Source: Candidatus Moraniibacteriota bacterium (GTDB taxonomy: Bacteria; Patescibacteriota; Minisyncoccia; Moranbacterales; UBA1568). Taken from it: 64,000 bases of DNA. The notes under the pieces are model-generated. The model was not told where the DNA came from, made no database searches, and saw only the letters and a program-made list of their open reading frames with translations. Location: contig JAQTRS010000003.1 of NCBI GenBank assembly GCA_028711705.1, positions 109,966 through 173,965 of the forward strand, written 5' to 3'. Positions 17,439 to 26,339 of this stretch are shown piece after piece. Position 1 is the stretch's first letter; every line of letters begins with the position of its first letter. The translations under genes were made by a program, and so were the position numbers.

Positions 17439-17564
17439 TTTATTTAAACATATGAGGCGTGTGCATGCACGGACTTATTTACAGCGTATCTAGGCTCTTT
17501 TTTGTGAAAGGGCGACTTGTTTTTGCACGAAAAAACTACCCATCGAATCGAAGCCAACTCACAT

Positions 17565-19094
17565 ATGGAATCCGGTTTAATTTTTGTAGTCATCGCGGTA
17601 GCGGGGGCAATCGGCGCGATTTTTGGGTATCACACCCGGCAAAACATTGCTAAAAAACAGCTGAATACAGCGGAGGGAAAAGCGGCACAGATTTTGGATG
17701 AAGCGGAAAAGCAGTCCAAGGAAATGGTTTTGGATGCCAAGGATAAGGCGGTGGCCATCCTTGAGGATGCTAAAAAGAAGGAACAAGAACGCGAAGAGCA
17801 GATCGCGCGTCAAGAAGGCCGTATTGAAAAGCGTGAAGAGCAGGTTGAAAAGAAGATGGAGGAATTCGAGCACGGTAAGAAATTGCTCGAGCAGAAGGCG
17901 GAAGAAATCCGTGAAATCCGTCGCGAGACAGAAAAAATACGAGCCGAAGAACTTGATCGTCTGCAGAAGATCGCCGGTTTCGATAAGGAAGAGGCGAAAA
18001 ATATCCTGCTGCAGCTGACGGAAGACGAGAGCAAGGAGGCGCTGGTGAAGCGTATGGCCAAGCTTGAGAAGGAAGGGCATGAAGAGTTGGAGCGCAAGGC
18101 ACTTTCGATTATGGGCCAGGTTATTCAGAAGTACTCACGATCGCATGTATCGGAATTCACCACCACGACGGTTTCGTTGCCGTCCGATGAGGTGAAGGGA
18201 AAGATCATCGGTAAGGAGGGGCGCAATATCCGAACGCTTGAGAAATTGACGGGCGTGGAATTGATCGTCGATGATACTCCGGAGTCGGTGCTGATTTCCG
18301 GTTTCGATCCGGTGCGCCGAGAGATCGCGCGTATCGCTTTGGAAAAATTGATCGCCGACGGACGCATCCACCCGGCTCGCATCGAGGAGACCGTGGAAGA
18401 AGCCAAAAAAGAAATCGACGACAAGATTAAGGAGGCGGGTGAGGCGGCGGCCTATGAGGTTGGCGTGGCAGGACTGCATCCGAAGCTTTTGTATATCCTG
18501 GGCCGTCTGCGGTATCGCTACAGCTATAAGCAGAATATCTTGATTCATTCGCTCGAGGTTTCGTATCTTGCGGGAGCTTTGGCAGCCGAACTTGGTGCCA
18601 ATGTATCAGTCGCGAAGAAGGCGGGGCTGTTGCACGATATCGGCAAGGCGGTTGATCATGAGATCGAGGGGACGCATGTGAAAATCGGGATCAGGATTTT
18701 GGAGAAATTCGGTATCGCCAAGGAGGTTATCGAGGCGATGTGGGCGCATCATGATGAGTATCCGCACAATTCGCTTGAGGCTTATATCGTGACCGCTGCC
18801 GACGCCATTTCCGCATCACGTCCCGGCGCCCGCAAGGAGACGGCGGAGAAGTATATCAAGCGCATGGAGGATCTGGAAGCGCTGGTGAACTCTTTCCCTG
18901 AGGTGGAGAAGTCCTATGCCATCCAGGCGGGACGCGAAGTGCGTATTTTTGTGAATCCGGAAAAGACCGACGATCTGGCATCGATGAAATTGGCACGGGA
19001 AGTTGCCCGAAGGGTCGAGGATGAGCTGAAGTATCCTGGCGAGATCAAGGTAATCGTGTTCCGGGAAACGCGTGCGGTGGAGTATGCGAGGTAG
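17565..19094 (+). CDS. rny: Ribonuclease Y
   Basis: N-terminal TM, coiled coil, KH motif KGKIIGKEGRNIR, HD motif LLHDIGKA, YAIQAGREVR. Confidence 0.97.
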   Translation: MESGLIFVVIAVAGAIGAIFGYHTRQNIAKKQLNTAEGKAAQILDEAEKQSKEMVLDAKDKAVAILEDAKKKEQEREEQIARQEGRIEKREEQVEKKMEEFEHGKKLLEQKAEEIREIRRETEKIRAEELDRLQKIAGFDKEEAKNILLQLTEDESKEALVKRMAKLEKEGHEELERKALSIMGQVIQKYSRSHVSEFTTTTVSLPSDEVKGKIIGKEGRNIRTLEKLTGVELIVDDTPESVLISGFDPVRREIARIALEKLIADGRIHPARIEETVEEAKKEIDDKIKEAGEAAAYEVGVAGLHPKLLYILGRLRYRYSYKQNILIHSLEVSYLAGALAAELGANVSVAKKAGLLHDIGKAVDHEIEGTHVKIGIRILEKFGIAKEVIEAMWAHHDEYPHNSLEAYIVTAADAISASRPGARKETAEKYIKRMEDLEALVNSFPEVEKSYAIQAGREVRIFVNPEKTDDLASMKLAREVARRVEDELKYPGEIKVIVFRETRAVEYAR

Positions 19095-19231
19095 GCGTTC
19101 GCCGAGCGTGAAGAAGGGGCCAGTTTGCTTTATTTTGAAGATAACTATACAATGAACAAAGCTACTGGTTAGCGAAACCCTCCCGGCTCATATAACAGGT
19201 TGAGAGGAAACTAGAAAGGCAGGTGGAAATT

Positions 19232-19528
19232 ATGGCAAAAACAACAGTGAAAAACGTTAACAAGGATATGCTGGTATCAGCGATCGTTGCACAGACAGAT
19301 CTGACAAAGAAAGACGTTGAAGCGGTTATTGAGGCTATGGTAGACACAATTACCAAAGAACTCAGTGGCGGCAGCAAAGTGACTTTGACAGGCTTTGGAA
19401 CTTTCAAGGTTTCTCAGCGCGCTGCTCGTGAGGGTATCAATCCTCAGACAAAGGCAAAGATTACTATTCCTGCAATGACCGTTCCTAAATTTACTGCAGG
19501 TAAGAGCTTAAAGGAAGCAGTAAAATAA
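19232..19528 (+). CDS. hup: DNA-binding protein HU
   Basis: VTLTGFGTFKV..RAAREGINPQT.....IPA..VPKF.AGK.LKEAV. Confidence 0.96.
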   Translation: MAKTTVKNVNKDMLVSAIVAQTDLTKKDVEAVIEAMVDTITKELSGGSKVTLTGFGTFKVSQRAAREGINPQTKAKITIPAMTVPKFTAGKSLKEAVK

Positions 19529-19577
19529 AGAATCATCGGCTGTTTTGATTGACTTCCAATTTGAAACAAAAGATAGG

Positions 19578-19612
19578 ATACTATCCCGCTGTGAAGCGGG
19601 ATAGTATTTTTT
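19578..19612 (+). terminator. Intrinsic terminator after hup
   Basis: ATACTATCCCGCT-GTGA-AGCGGGATAGTAT followed by a T-run. Confidence 0.85.
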
Positions 19613-19630
19613 CTACCAGAGGCTCTTTAT

Positions 19631-19659
19631 TTGACTCATTTTGGTTTTTTGGCTATGAT
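19631..19659 (+). promoter_or_regulatory. Promoter of tRNA-Pro
   Basis: TTGACT-17 bp-TATGAT. Confidence 0.65.
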
Positions 19660-19676
19660 GGGTAAGGTAAAGCTTT

Positions 19677-19747
19677 CGGGGTATAGTATAGTGGTAGTAC
19701 GAGTGGTTTGGGACCATTTAGTCTCGGTTCGATTCCGAGTACCCCGA
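19677..19747 (+). tRNA. tRNA-Pro (TGG)
   Basis: CGGGGTA...TACCCCG-A acceptor, anticodon arm AGTGG-TTTGGGA-CCATT, CTCGG-TTCGATT-CCGAG T arm. Confidence 0.93.
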
Positions 19748-19756
19748 CAGGGATGA

Positions 19757-19783
19757 GGACCGCGGCATATGCCGCGGTCTTTT
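19757..19783 (+). terminator. Terminator after tRNA-Pro
   Basis: GGACCGCGGC-ATAT-GCCGCGGTCT then TTT. Confidence 0.75.
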
Positions 19784-19799
19784 GTTTTACGGGTGGAGC

Positions 19800-19874
19800 G
19801 AGCGGAGGCGGAGTGCTTTTTCAAGACCGTGGTGTACTCACGGAGGTCATGAAAAAGCACTCCGCCCCCCGCTC
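19800..19874 (-). repeat. Long palindromic element, GAGTAC-loop family copy 1
   Basis: Arms GGCGGAGTGCTTTTTC / GAAAAAGCACTCCGCC; minus-strand core TTTTTCATGACC-TCC-GTGAGTACAC-CAC-GGTCTTGAAAAA. Confidence 0.75.
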
Positions 19875-20029
19875 TGTATTTTCAGCAGCGCGTCGAATGA
19901 GGTTGGGCACTGGCGGGGACGTTTTTATTTGCCTAATGGAAGAATGTTGCCTATAATGGTTATAATTACATATTCACGGAGGTGAGGATGTCAAGATGTT
20001 ATAAATAAGGCAGTATCGAACATTTCAGA

Positions 20030-20749
20030 ATGATGCAAACATACACTATCAAACTTATCGGGAAACAAGAGATCGCCGATCAGACCGTGGCGTTCGTGTT
20101 CGAGAAGCCGCAAGATTTCACGTTTCAGGCAGGGCAATATGTCGTCATGACGTTGCCGAAGCTTGCATTTCCCGATAATCGTCGCGGCATACGTTCGCTT
20201 TCTATCGCTTCCGCCCCGTATGAGGATACGCTTATGTTCGCGATGCGCATCACCGATAGCGGTTTCAAACAGACGCTCAATACGATGGAAATCGGCGACG
20301 AAGCGACCATTACCAAGGCCATCGGGCATTTCGTCTTGGATGAAAGCGAACGCCCCGTCGTGTTTTTGATCGGCGGTATCGGTATCACCCCCGCGCGCAG
20401 CATTCTCCGTCAGGCAGTGCGGGATGGATCAAAACGCCGCTTCTGTCTTTTCTATTCCAATAGGCGCCCCCAGGACGCCTCTTTTGCGAGTGAGCTCCAG
20501 GAATTTCCGACGCTAGATTATCACTGTGTCGATACGCTCACCAATCAGGATGCTGCCGATCGATGCGAATGGCAGGAAGAGCGGGGGTATATCTGCGACC
20601 ATATGCTGGAAAAATATCTCGACGATCCCAAAAGCCCGCAGTATTATGTCGTCGGTTCACCTGTTTTCGCCAATGCTATGATAGCGATGCTTACCGGGAT
20701 GGGGGTTGAAAAGGAATCTATCAAACAAGATCCGTTTACCGGCATTTAG
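20030..20749 (+). CDS. FAD/NAD(P)-binding ferredoxin-reductase-like oxidoreductase
   Basis: FQAGQY, RSLSIAS FAD motif, GGIGITP NAD motif, LFYSNR. Confidence 0.9.
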   Translation: MMQTYTIKLIGKQEIADQTVAFVFEKPQDFTFQAGQYVVMTLPKLAFPDNRRGIRSLSIASAPYEDTLMFAMRITDSGFKQTLNTMEIGDEATITKAIGHFVLDESERPVVFLIGGIGITPARSILRQAVRDGSKRRFCLFYSNRRPQDASFASELQEFPTLDYHCVDTLTNQDAADRCEWQEERGYICDHMLEKYLDDPKSPQYYVVGSPVFANAMIAMLTGMGVEKESIKQDPFTGI

Positions 20750-20809
20750 TATGGTGATAGTGCTGCCCCGTCGCACTTTGGGTCGCATGTAAAATAAATA
20801 TACAATCAT

Positions 20810-22351
20810 ATGGGGATACGGAGTAAGTTTTTCGTCGTTATAGGGCCGCTGATGATCGTTGTGGTCCTATTTATCTACAGCGTCATTTCCGGACGTTTCC
20901 TGGACCAGTTTTCGGATATCGAATTGGACCTTGCAAAGCAGAATGTCGATCGGGCGCTTAATGCTATCGACGGGTTGCTCGAGGATGTCAATACGAAGAG
21001 TTCCGATTGGGCGCAGTGGGATGATTCCTATGCGTTCATGCAGGATCATAATCAGGAGTATTGGCAATCCAATCTGAGCAATGATTCTATTTTGGATGGC
21101 ATGAAGCTTTCCGTTATGGTGTTTGTCGACAGATCCGGCCATGTGGTCGCCACCAAAAACGCACTTGATGCGGATAGCGATTCCGACGCAGTGCCCCAAG
21201 ATATCCTCGATGCGCTTCTTGATGGTAGATTCGTCAATTACGATGATGGTGCGGCGTTTCACAAGGGCATTGTGCATATCGGCGACATCGTGCTTCTCGT
21301 AGCTTCGCGGCCCATCATGCGTACGGATGGCACGGGTCCGGCAGCGGGTACGATCATATTCGCGCGCACGGTTGATGATGCTTTGATAAGAGAGATTTCG
21401 GATCGTATCCATTTGCCTTTGAAACTGTATGCTTCTACGGAGGTGTTGCCGCTTGAGGCGTGGCAGAAAGAAGTGCTTGCGGATGAGGGGAGAAAGGAGA
21501 GTGTCGATGTGGCTCATGTCGAGGGTGACATTGTGGCGGCATATGGGGCCGTGCACGATGTGTCTGGCGGGCACACCATCTTTACCCGCATAGAGATACC
21601 GCGGACGATATACCGTCACGGACAGGGTTTTGTGCGTTCCTTCAGTATTTTTTTCGGGGTGGCCTTTGTTATTTTTTCTATCACATTGATGCTTCTTTTG
21701 GAGTGGCTCGTTTTCGCCCCTATCTCCCGATTGAGCGCCGACGTGGACCGTATACGTTCAGGCGACGACGATGCGATGCGTATCAAGGTGACGGGGAATG
21801 ACCAATTCTCCCATTTGAGCGAAACCATCAATCAGATGATTGACGGCCTCTACAGGATGCGCCAGCAGAAAGAGGAGAGTGAGAGTCGCTTCCAGACGGT
21901 AGCCGACCTGGCTCCCGTGATGATTTGGATGTCCGGTGCCGATAAGCAATACTCCTATTTCAATAAGGGATGGCTCGATTTTACCGGAAGATCGGCTGAT
22001 GAAGAGCTCGGTAACGGTTGGGCAAAAGGCGTGCATCCGGATGATATCGATCAGCGTACGGCGGTCTATTCCAAAGCGTTCGATGCGAGGGAATCATTCC
22101 GCATGGAATACCGATTGAGGAATACTTCGGGCGAGTACCGATGGGTTTTGGATAGCGGCATACCGAATTTCGCTCCTGACGGAACCTTTTTGGGCTATCT
22201 TGGATCATGTATCGATATCACGGAACGAAGGATGGCGGAAGAGTCGAATACCAAGCGTATCAAAGAGATGGAAACCCTCAACAAGATGATGGTGAGCCGC
22301 GAATTGAAGATGATAGAGCTCAAAAAGGAATTGCAGCGGCTGAAGCAATAA
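20810..22351 (+). CDS. CHASE4-HAMP-PAS membrane sensor lacking a kinase/output domain
   Basis: DWAQWDDSYAF CHASE4 signature, second TM, HAMP (PISRLS...DQFSHLSETINQMI), PAS/PAC (GWAKGVHPDD, GEYRWVLDSG, DITER), ends in coiled coil LNKMMVSRELKMIELKKEL. Confidence 0.85.
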   Translation: MGIRSKFFVVIGPLMIVVVLFIYSVISGRFLDQFSDIELDLAKQNVDRALNAIDGLLEDVNTKSSDWAQWDDSYAFMQDHNQEYWQSNLSNDSILDGMKLSVMVFVDRSGHVVATKNALDADSDSDAVPQDILDALLDGRFVNYDDGAAFHKGIVHIGDIVLLVASRPIMRTDGTGPAAGTIIFARTVDDALIREISDRIHLPLKLYASTEVLPLEAWQKEVLADEGRKESVDVAHVEGDIVAAYGAVHDVSGGHTIFTRIEIPRTIYRHGQGFVRSFSIFFGVAFVIFSITLMLLLEWLVFAPISRLSADVDRIRSGDDDAMRIKVTGNDQFSHLSETINQMIDGLYRMRQQKEESESRFQTVADLAPVMIWMSGADKQYSYFNKGWLDFTGRSADEELGNGWAKGVHPDDIDQRTAVYSKAFDARESFRMEYRLRNTSGEYRWVLDSGIPNFAPDGTFLGYLGSCIDITERRMAEESNTKRIKEMETLNKMMVSRELKMIELKKELQRLKQ

Positions 22352-22405
22352 TCAAAGAGATGCGGAAGTTTCGACCGTATCTCACGGGCTGATCGTTTTA
22401 AAAAT

Positions 22406-24778
22406 ATGAGCATGGAATCAACCCGACTGCCCATCGTGAGCCGAAGGGAAGTCGCTAACGACGTTTTCGAGGTTTCTTTCGGCCTTTCTAGAGCGGATTT
22501 TCATTTTCAGGCAGGCCAATATATCCGGGTGGTTATCCCGCATCTTTCGTATCCCGATGGGCGGGGGAATTTTCGCGATTTCTTCATCAGTTCATCGCCT
22601 AACAATCACGAGCATATTTCTATAGCCTTCAGAAATACGGGGAGCGGTTTCAAAAAGACGCTGCTTGAATTGCCTCTCGGGTCATCGGTGGTCGTGCGTG
22701 GGGCATATGGTCTGCTCGAGCTGCCTCAAGAGCATCATCAGGGCCTGGTATTCATCGCCTTCGGTATCGGTATTACCCCCTTTCTGAGCATGATTCGCCT
22801 TGCAGCCGAGCGGGGATATGCAGGGTACCTGACGCTTATCTGCGTGCATGATGACATAGATTCGGTGCCCTATCTTGATGAGTTGAAGCAACTTCAGGAA
22901 AAAATACCCCGTTTCATCCTGAGGCAGAAAAGGGCTCCTTTGGACGAGGAATTCTTGCGTATACAAACGACGCATTCCAAAGAGTCTTTGTGGTATATTT
23001 CCGGTCCGCCCGATCTGGCACGTGAGGCTTTCGATATGCTCTGCGGCCTCGGGGTGCCTTTGGGAAATATCGTTTCTGAGGAGATGCTGGGTTATGGCGA
23101 GGGGGTGCCTGTGACATCTTCCGCAGCGGCCCAGCCGTTGCCAACTGTAGGCAGTTCGCCGAATGACCATGCGTTTTTCTTGGATGCCAAGAAATTGCGG
23201 TCCATCATCGAAACCAGCGCCGAGGGCGTGGTTATCACCAATCCCGATGGACTCATCTTGTATGTCAATGCCGAGTGGCAGAACATTACCGGTTGGAAAA
23301 GCGACGATGTCGTGGGCAAGATGACGCCCCGCATCCTCAAATCGGGAAAAACCAGACCGGAGGAATACGAGAAGCTGTGGAAAACCATCAGGCGCGGCGA
23401 GATAGCTCATATCGACATTATCAATAAGCGCAAAAATGGCAATCTGTACTATGCCGAGGATATCATACTGCCCCTCAAGAACGATCAGGGTGAGGTAACG
23501 GAGTTCGTCGGCTTCCAGCGAGACGTTTCGGAGAAGCAGCGCTATATGAAGCAATTCATACTGCACTCCGAAGAGCTGGCTGAGCAGAACAAGTTCCTTG
23601 AGAACACGAAAAAGGCGATGCTCAATCTGCTCGAGGATTCTCAGGAACTGGAAAAAAACCTGGAGCTCGAGAAGGCGGCTATCAAGAAGGAAAAAGAGAA
23701 GTCGGAAGGCATTTTGCAGTTCCTGAAATCCATCGGTGATGGCGTGCTCGCTGTTGATCTGGATTCGAATATTATCTTTATGAACAAGATGGCGGAGAAT
23801 CTGTCTGGATACACGTTCGAGGAGGTACAAGGCAAATACTATACCGACGCCCTGCATTTCATCCTGGAAAAAAACCCCGATGTCTCCTACCCGCGCTTCG
23901 TCGAGCAGGTGATAAAGACGGGCGTGATCAATAAGCTGCCGAGCCACACCTCTTTGGTGAGGCGGGATGGTAGCATCGTTCCCGTGTCGGACAGCGCGGC
24001 GCCGATTCGTGATGCTTCGGGGGTTATTGTCGGTTGCATCATCGTATTCCAAGATGATACCAAGAAGCGCGAATTGGATCAGATGAAGGATGGTTTCATT
24101 TCGGTGGCGGCGCATCAGCTTCGGACGCCGCTGGGGGGTATGCGATGGAATATGGAGCTGCTGCTTTCCGAGGATGTCGGGGAACTTCCTGAGCAGGTGC
24201 GCGTCGAGCTTGAACAGCTCTACGAAAACAGCCAGCGCATGGTGACGCTGGTCAATGATCTTCTCAACACCTCGCGTATCGACAATGAGGTTTCCAGGGT
24301 GAAATACGAATCCGAATCCGCGGATATCATCACCCTGCTTCAGAAAGTGATACACGAGGTTGCCGATGAGGCGAAAAAACGTGCGGTGACCATACGATTC
24401 GCCAATGAAGGAACCTTCGATTCGGTCCGTATCGTTCCGAAAAATATATACGAAGCCTTCCAGAATCTGATCGTCAATGCCGTGAAGTACAGCGATGCGG
24501 GGGACACGGTGACGGTCGGGGTGGAGCAGCACAAAGAGGCTATGCGTGTCACGATCGAGGATACGGGAATCGGTATTCCGAAAGATCAGCAATTGAAGCT
24601 ATTCTCGAAGTTTTTCCGCGCTTCCAATGCTATCCTCAAGGAGACGGACGGCAGCGGCCTAGGGCTGAGCGTCGCGAAGTTTTTTATCGAAGAGAATGGG
24701 GGGCGGATCCTTTTCGAGAGCGAGGAGGGAAAGGGGACGACTTTTTATGTTGATTTGCCCCTGGCGGCGAAAAAGTGA
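22406..24778 (+). CDS. Ferredoxin-reductase-like domain fused to a PAS-PAS histidine kinase
   Basis: N-terminal FQAGQY, FGIGITPF, WYISGPP; two PAS domains; H-box AAHQLRTPL, N-box NLIVNAVKYS, DTGIGIP, GSGLGL; no TM helix. Confidence 0.88.
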   Translation: MSMESTRLPIVSRREVANDVFEVSFGLSRADFHFQAGQYIRVVIPHLSYPDGRGNFRDFFISSSPNNHEHISIAFRNTGSGFKKTLLELPLGSSVVVRGAYGLLELPQEHHQGLVFIAFGIGITPFLSMIRLAAERGYAGYLTLICVHDDIDSVPYLDELKQLQEKIPRFILRQKRAPLDEEFLRIQTTHSKESLWYISGPPDLAREAFDMLCGLGVPLGNIVSEEMLGYGEGVPVTSSAAAQPLPTVGSSPNDHAFFLDAKKLRSIIETSAEGVVITNPDGLILYVNAEWQNITGWKSDDVVGKMTPRILKSGKTRPEEYEKLWKTIRRGEIAHIDIINKRKNGNLYYAEDIILPLKNDQGEVTEFVGFQRDVSEKQRYMKQFILHSEELAEQNKFLENTKKAMLNLLEDSQELEKNLELEKAAIKKEKEKSEGILQFLKSIGDGVLAVDLDSNIIFMNKMAENLSGYTFEEVQGKYYTDALHFILEKNPDVSYPRFVEQVIKTGVINKLPSHTSLVRRDGSIVPVSDSAAPIRDASGVIVGCIIVFQDDTKKRELDQMKDGFISVAAHQLRTPLGGMRWNMELLLSEDVGELPEQVRVELEQLYENSQRMVTLVNDLLNTSRIDNEVSRVKYESESADIITLLQKVIHEVADEAKKRAVTIRFANEGTFDSVRIVPKNIYEAFQNLIVNAVKYSDAGDTVTVGVEQHKEAMRVTIEDTGIGIPKDQQLKLFSKFFRASNAILKETDGSGLGLSVAKFFIEENGGRILFESEEGKGTTFYVDLPLAAKK

Positions 24779-24803
24779 CAAAAAAAGCGCTTTCCTGTAC
24801 ACT
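24775..24803 (+). promoter_or_regulatory. Putative promoter of the PLP-enzyme gene
   Basis: GTGACA-17 bp-TACACT. Confidence 0.5.
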
Positions 24804-24811
24804 TGAGATGA

Positions 24812-24957
24812 GCTGGCGGCGCCAGATGCCGCATATTCACAAGCATATAAGAAATAGCCTATTTAAAGAATACGGGTATTTTTTATTGTGCGGCGTATCT
24901 GGGCAGTATGTTTGGTCGGAGCATTCTTTTGGATGTGTCGTTCGCGCATATGCCAGC
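24812..24957 (+). promoter_or_regulatory. Candidate structured 5' leader RNA
   Basis: GCTGGC/GCCAGC closing stem, CCAGATGCCGCATA/TGTGCGGCGTATCTGG stem and further hairpins. Confidence 0.4.
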
Positions 24958-25002
24958 GAGTTCGTTAACAATGTAGTATTTGAAACTTAGGTGGAGATAA
25001 CG

Positions 25003-26280
25003 ATGAGCAATGATAATTTTTATGAGCGTTTCGAGAATTTTCAATCTGATGTGAACCAGAAAAACGCGCTTGGAGGTGTTTTTTCTGTGACGGGATCTTC
25101 GCTTGGAGCGGAGGTTTCCATTAACATCGATGGGAATACGATGCCAGTAACGTCGTATATGAGCTTGGATTATTTGGGAATGGGTCAGGAGCCTGCCGTG
25201 ATAGAGAATTGTATACGTAATATCCGATCATTAGGTACCGGGTTTGCGAGTTCAAGAACGGTGATGGAATCTTCTCAGCATCAGGCTCTGGAGAATGCCC
25301 TTGCCGATTTTAAGCGGATGAAATCTTGCTTGCTTGTCAATACCGGCTATTTGGCGAATGTTATACTCCCGCAACTGATATTCGACGACGTCATAGTGAC
25401 GGGAGGCTATAAGTTGCGTCGACCCCGTAAGAAAACCGTGGTATGTATGGACAGATTGACGCATGCATCTCTTCTTTCTACGTTGGCGACAATGAAAGGA
25501 AAGCGGGTGGTTGATAATGTGAAGAAGTATGATCACTTGGATTATGACTCCCTTCAGTCGATGTTGGATGAATATAAAAGCGATGATGTTCAGAAATTTA
25601 TCTTTACCGACAGCTTGTTTTCTATGGGAGGAGATTTTGCGAATGTGCGCCTATTGCTTGATTTTGCGAAGCATTATGATGCCATATTGGTTATCGATAA
25701 TGCGCATGCGGATGGCGTGTATGGTGCTGAAGGCAGAGGATACCTGGAAGCGCAGGGAATAACGAGTCAGGATGATCTGAAATATATCATCCAGACAGGC
25801 ACCTTAAGCAAGGCCATATGCGCTCTGGGCGGACATATCACATTCCCGTCATCGAGCCCTGTGGATCTGGCAAAGTTTTCCCAGTGGGAATTCATTTTTT
25901 CTGTGGCCATACCGACCTTTCTCGCGGCGACATGCGTTCATTCCATCAGGCTTATTCGTGGGGATATGGGTGATAAGAAGCGAGAACAGCTTCATATTCT
26001 TTCAGCTATCTTGCGATCGCGATTGCAGGAGAGAGGATTTAATATCTTGCGATCGACATCGCATATTATCCCCATTGTGATCGGAACGGCAGATACATGC
26101 CTTGCTGTTCATGATTATTTATTAAGAGAACACCGTATATGGATCGGGCCGATCCGATGGCCGGCCGTATCTGAAAACGGGGCGCTCCTGCGATGCGCTG
26201 TCACTGCGAATCATAGCGAGGAAAATATCGGCGAACTTATCGAGGCATTGGAGAAGGCGAGAAATCAATTCAGTTTTTAG
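25003..26280 (+). CDS. PLP-dependent alpha-oxoamine synthase family enzyme (BioF/Kbl/SPT/CqsA-like)
   Basis: SLDYLGM, TGYLAN, DRLTHASL, DSLFSMGGD, DNAHADG, PLP lysine in GTLSKA, SHIIPIVIG, IRWPAV; GGAG SD. Confidence 0.85.
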   Translation: MSNDNFYERFENFQSDVNQKNALGGVFSVTGSSLGAEVSINIDGNTMPVTSYMSLDYLGMGQEPAVIENCIRNIRSLGTGFASSRTVMESSQHQALENALADFKRMKSCLLVNTGYLANVILPQLIFDDVIVTGGYKLRRPRKKTVVCMDRLTHASLLSTLATMKGKRVVDNVKKYDHLDYDSLQSMLDEYKSDDVQKFIFTDSLFSMGGDFANVRLLLDFAKHYDAILVIDNAHADGVYGAEGRGYLEAQGITSQDDLKYIIQTGTLSKAICALGGHITFPSSSPVDLAKFSQWEFIFSVAIPTFLAATCVHSIRLIRGDMGDKKREQLHILSAILRSRLQERGFNILRSTSHIIPIVIGTADTCLAVHDYLLREHRIWIGPIRWPAVSENGALLRCAVTANHSEENIGELIEALEKARNQFSF

Positions 26281-26339
26281 ATTTCGAAGCATGGTGTTAT
26301 GTGTTACAATTCAATACATAATACCATGCCTTTTTATTT

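Noticed and set aside
20810-22405. CHASE4 sensor as a truncated pseudogene of a kinase
   Set aside because: It ends in a well-formed coiled-coil motif, and the next gene begins with an unrelated reductase domain rather than a frameshifted kinase.
25003-26280. Calling the PLP enzyme bioF or cqsA outright
   Set aside because: The family is clear but the subfamily cannot be resolved by eye; there are no biotin genes nearby and the motifs are not a clean CqsA match.
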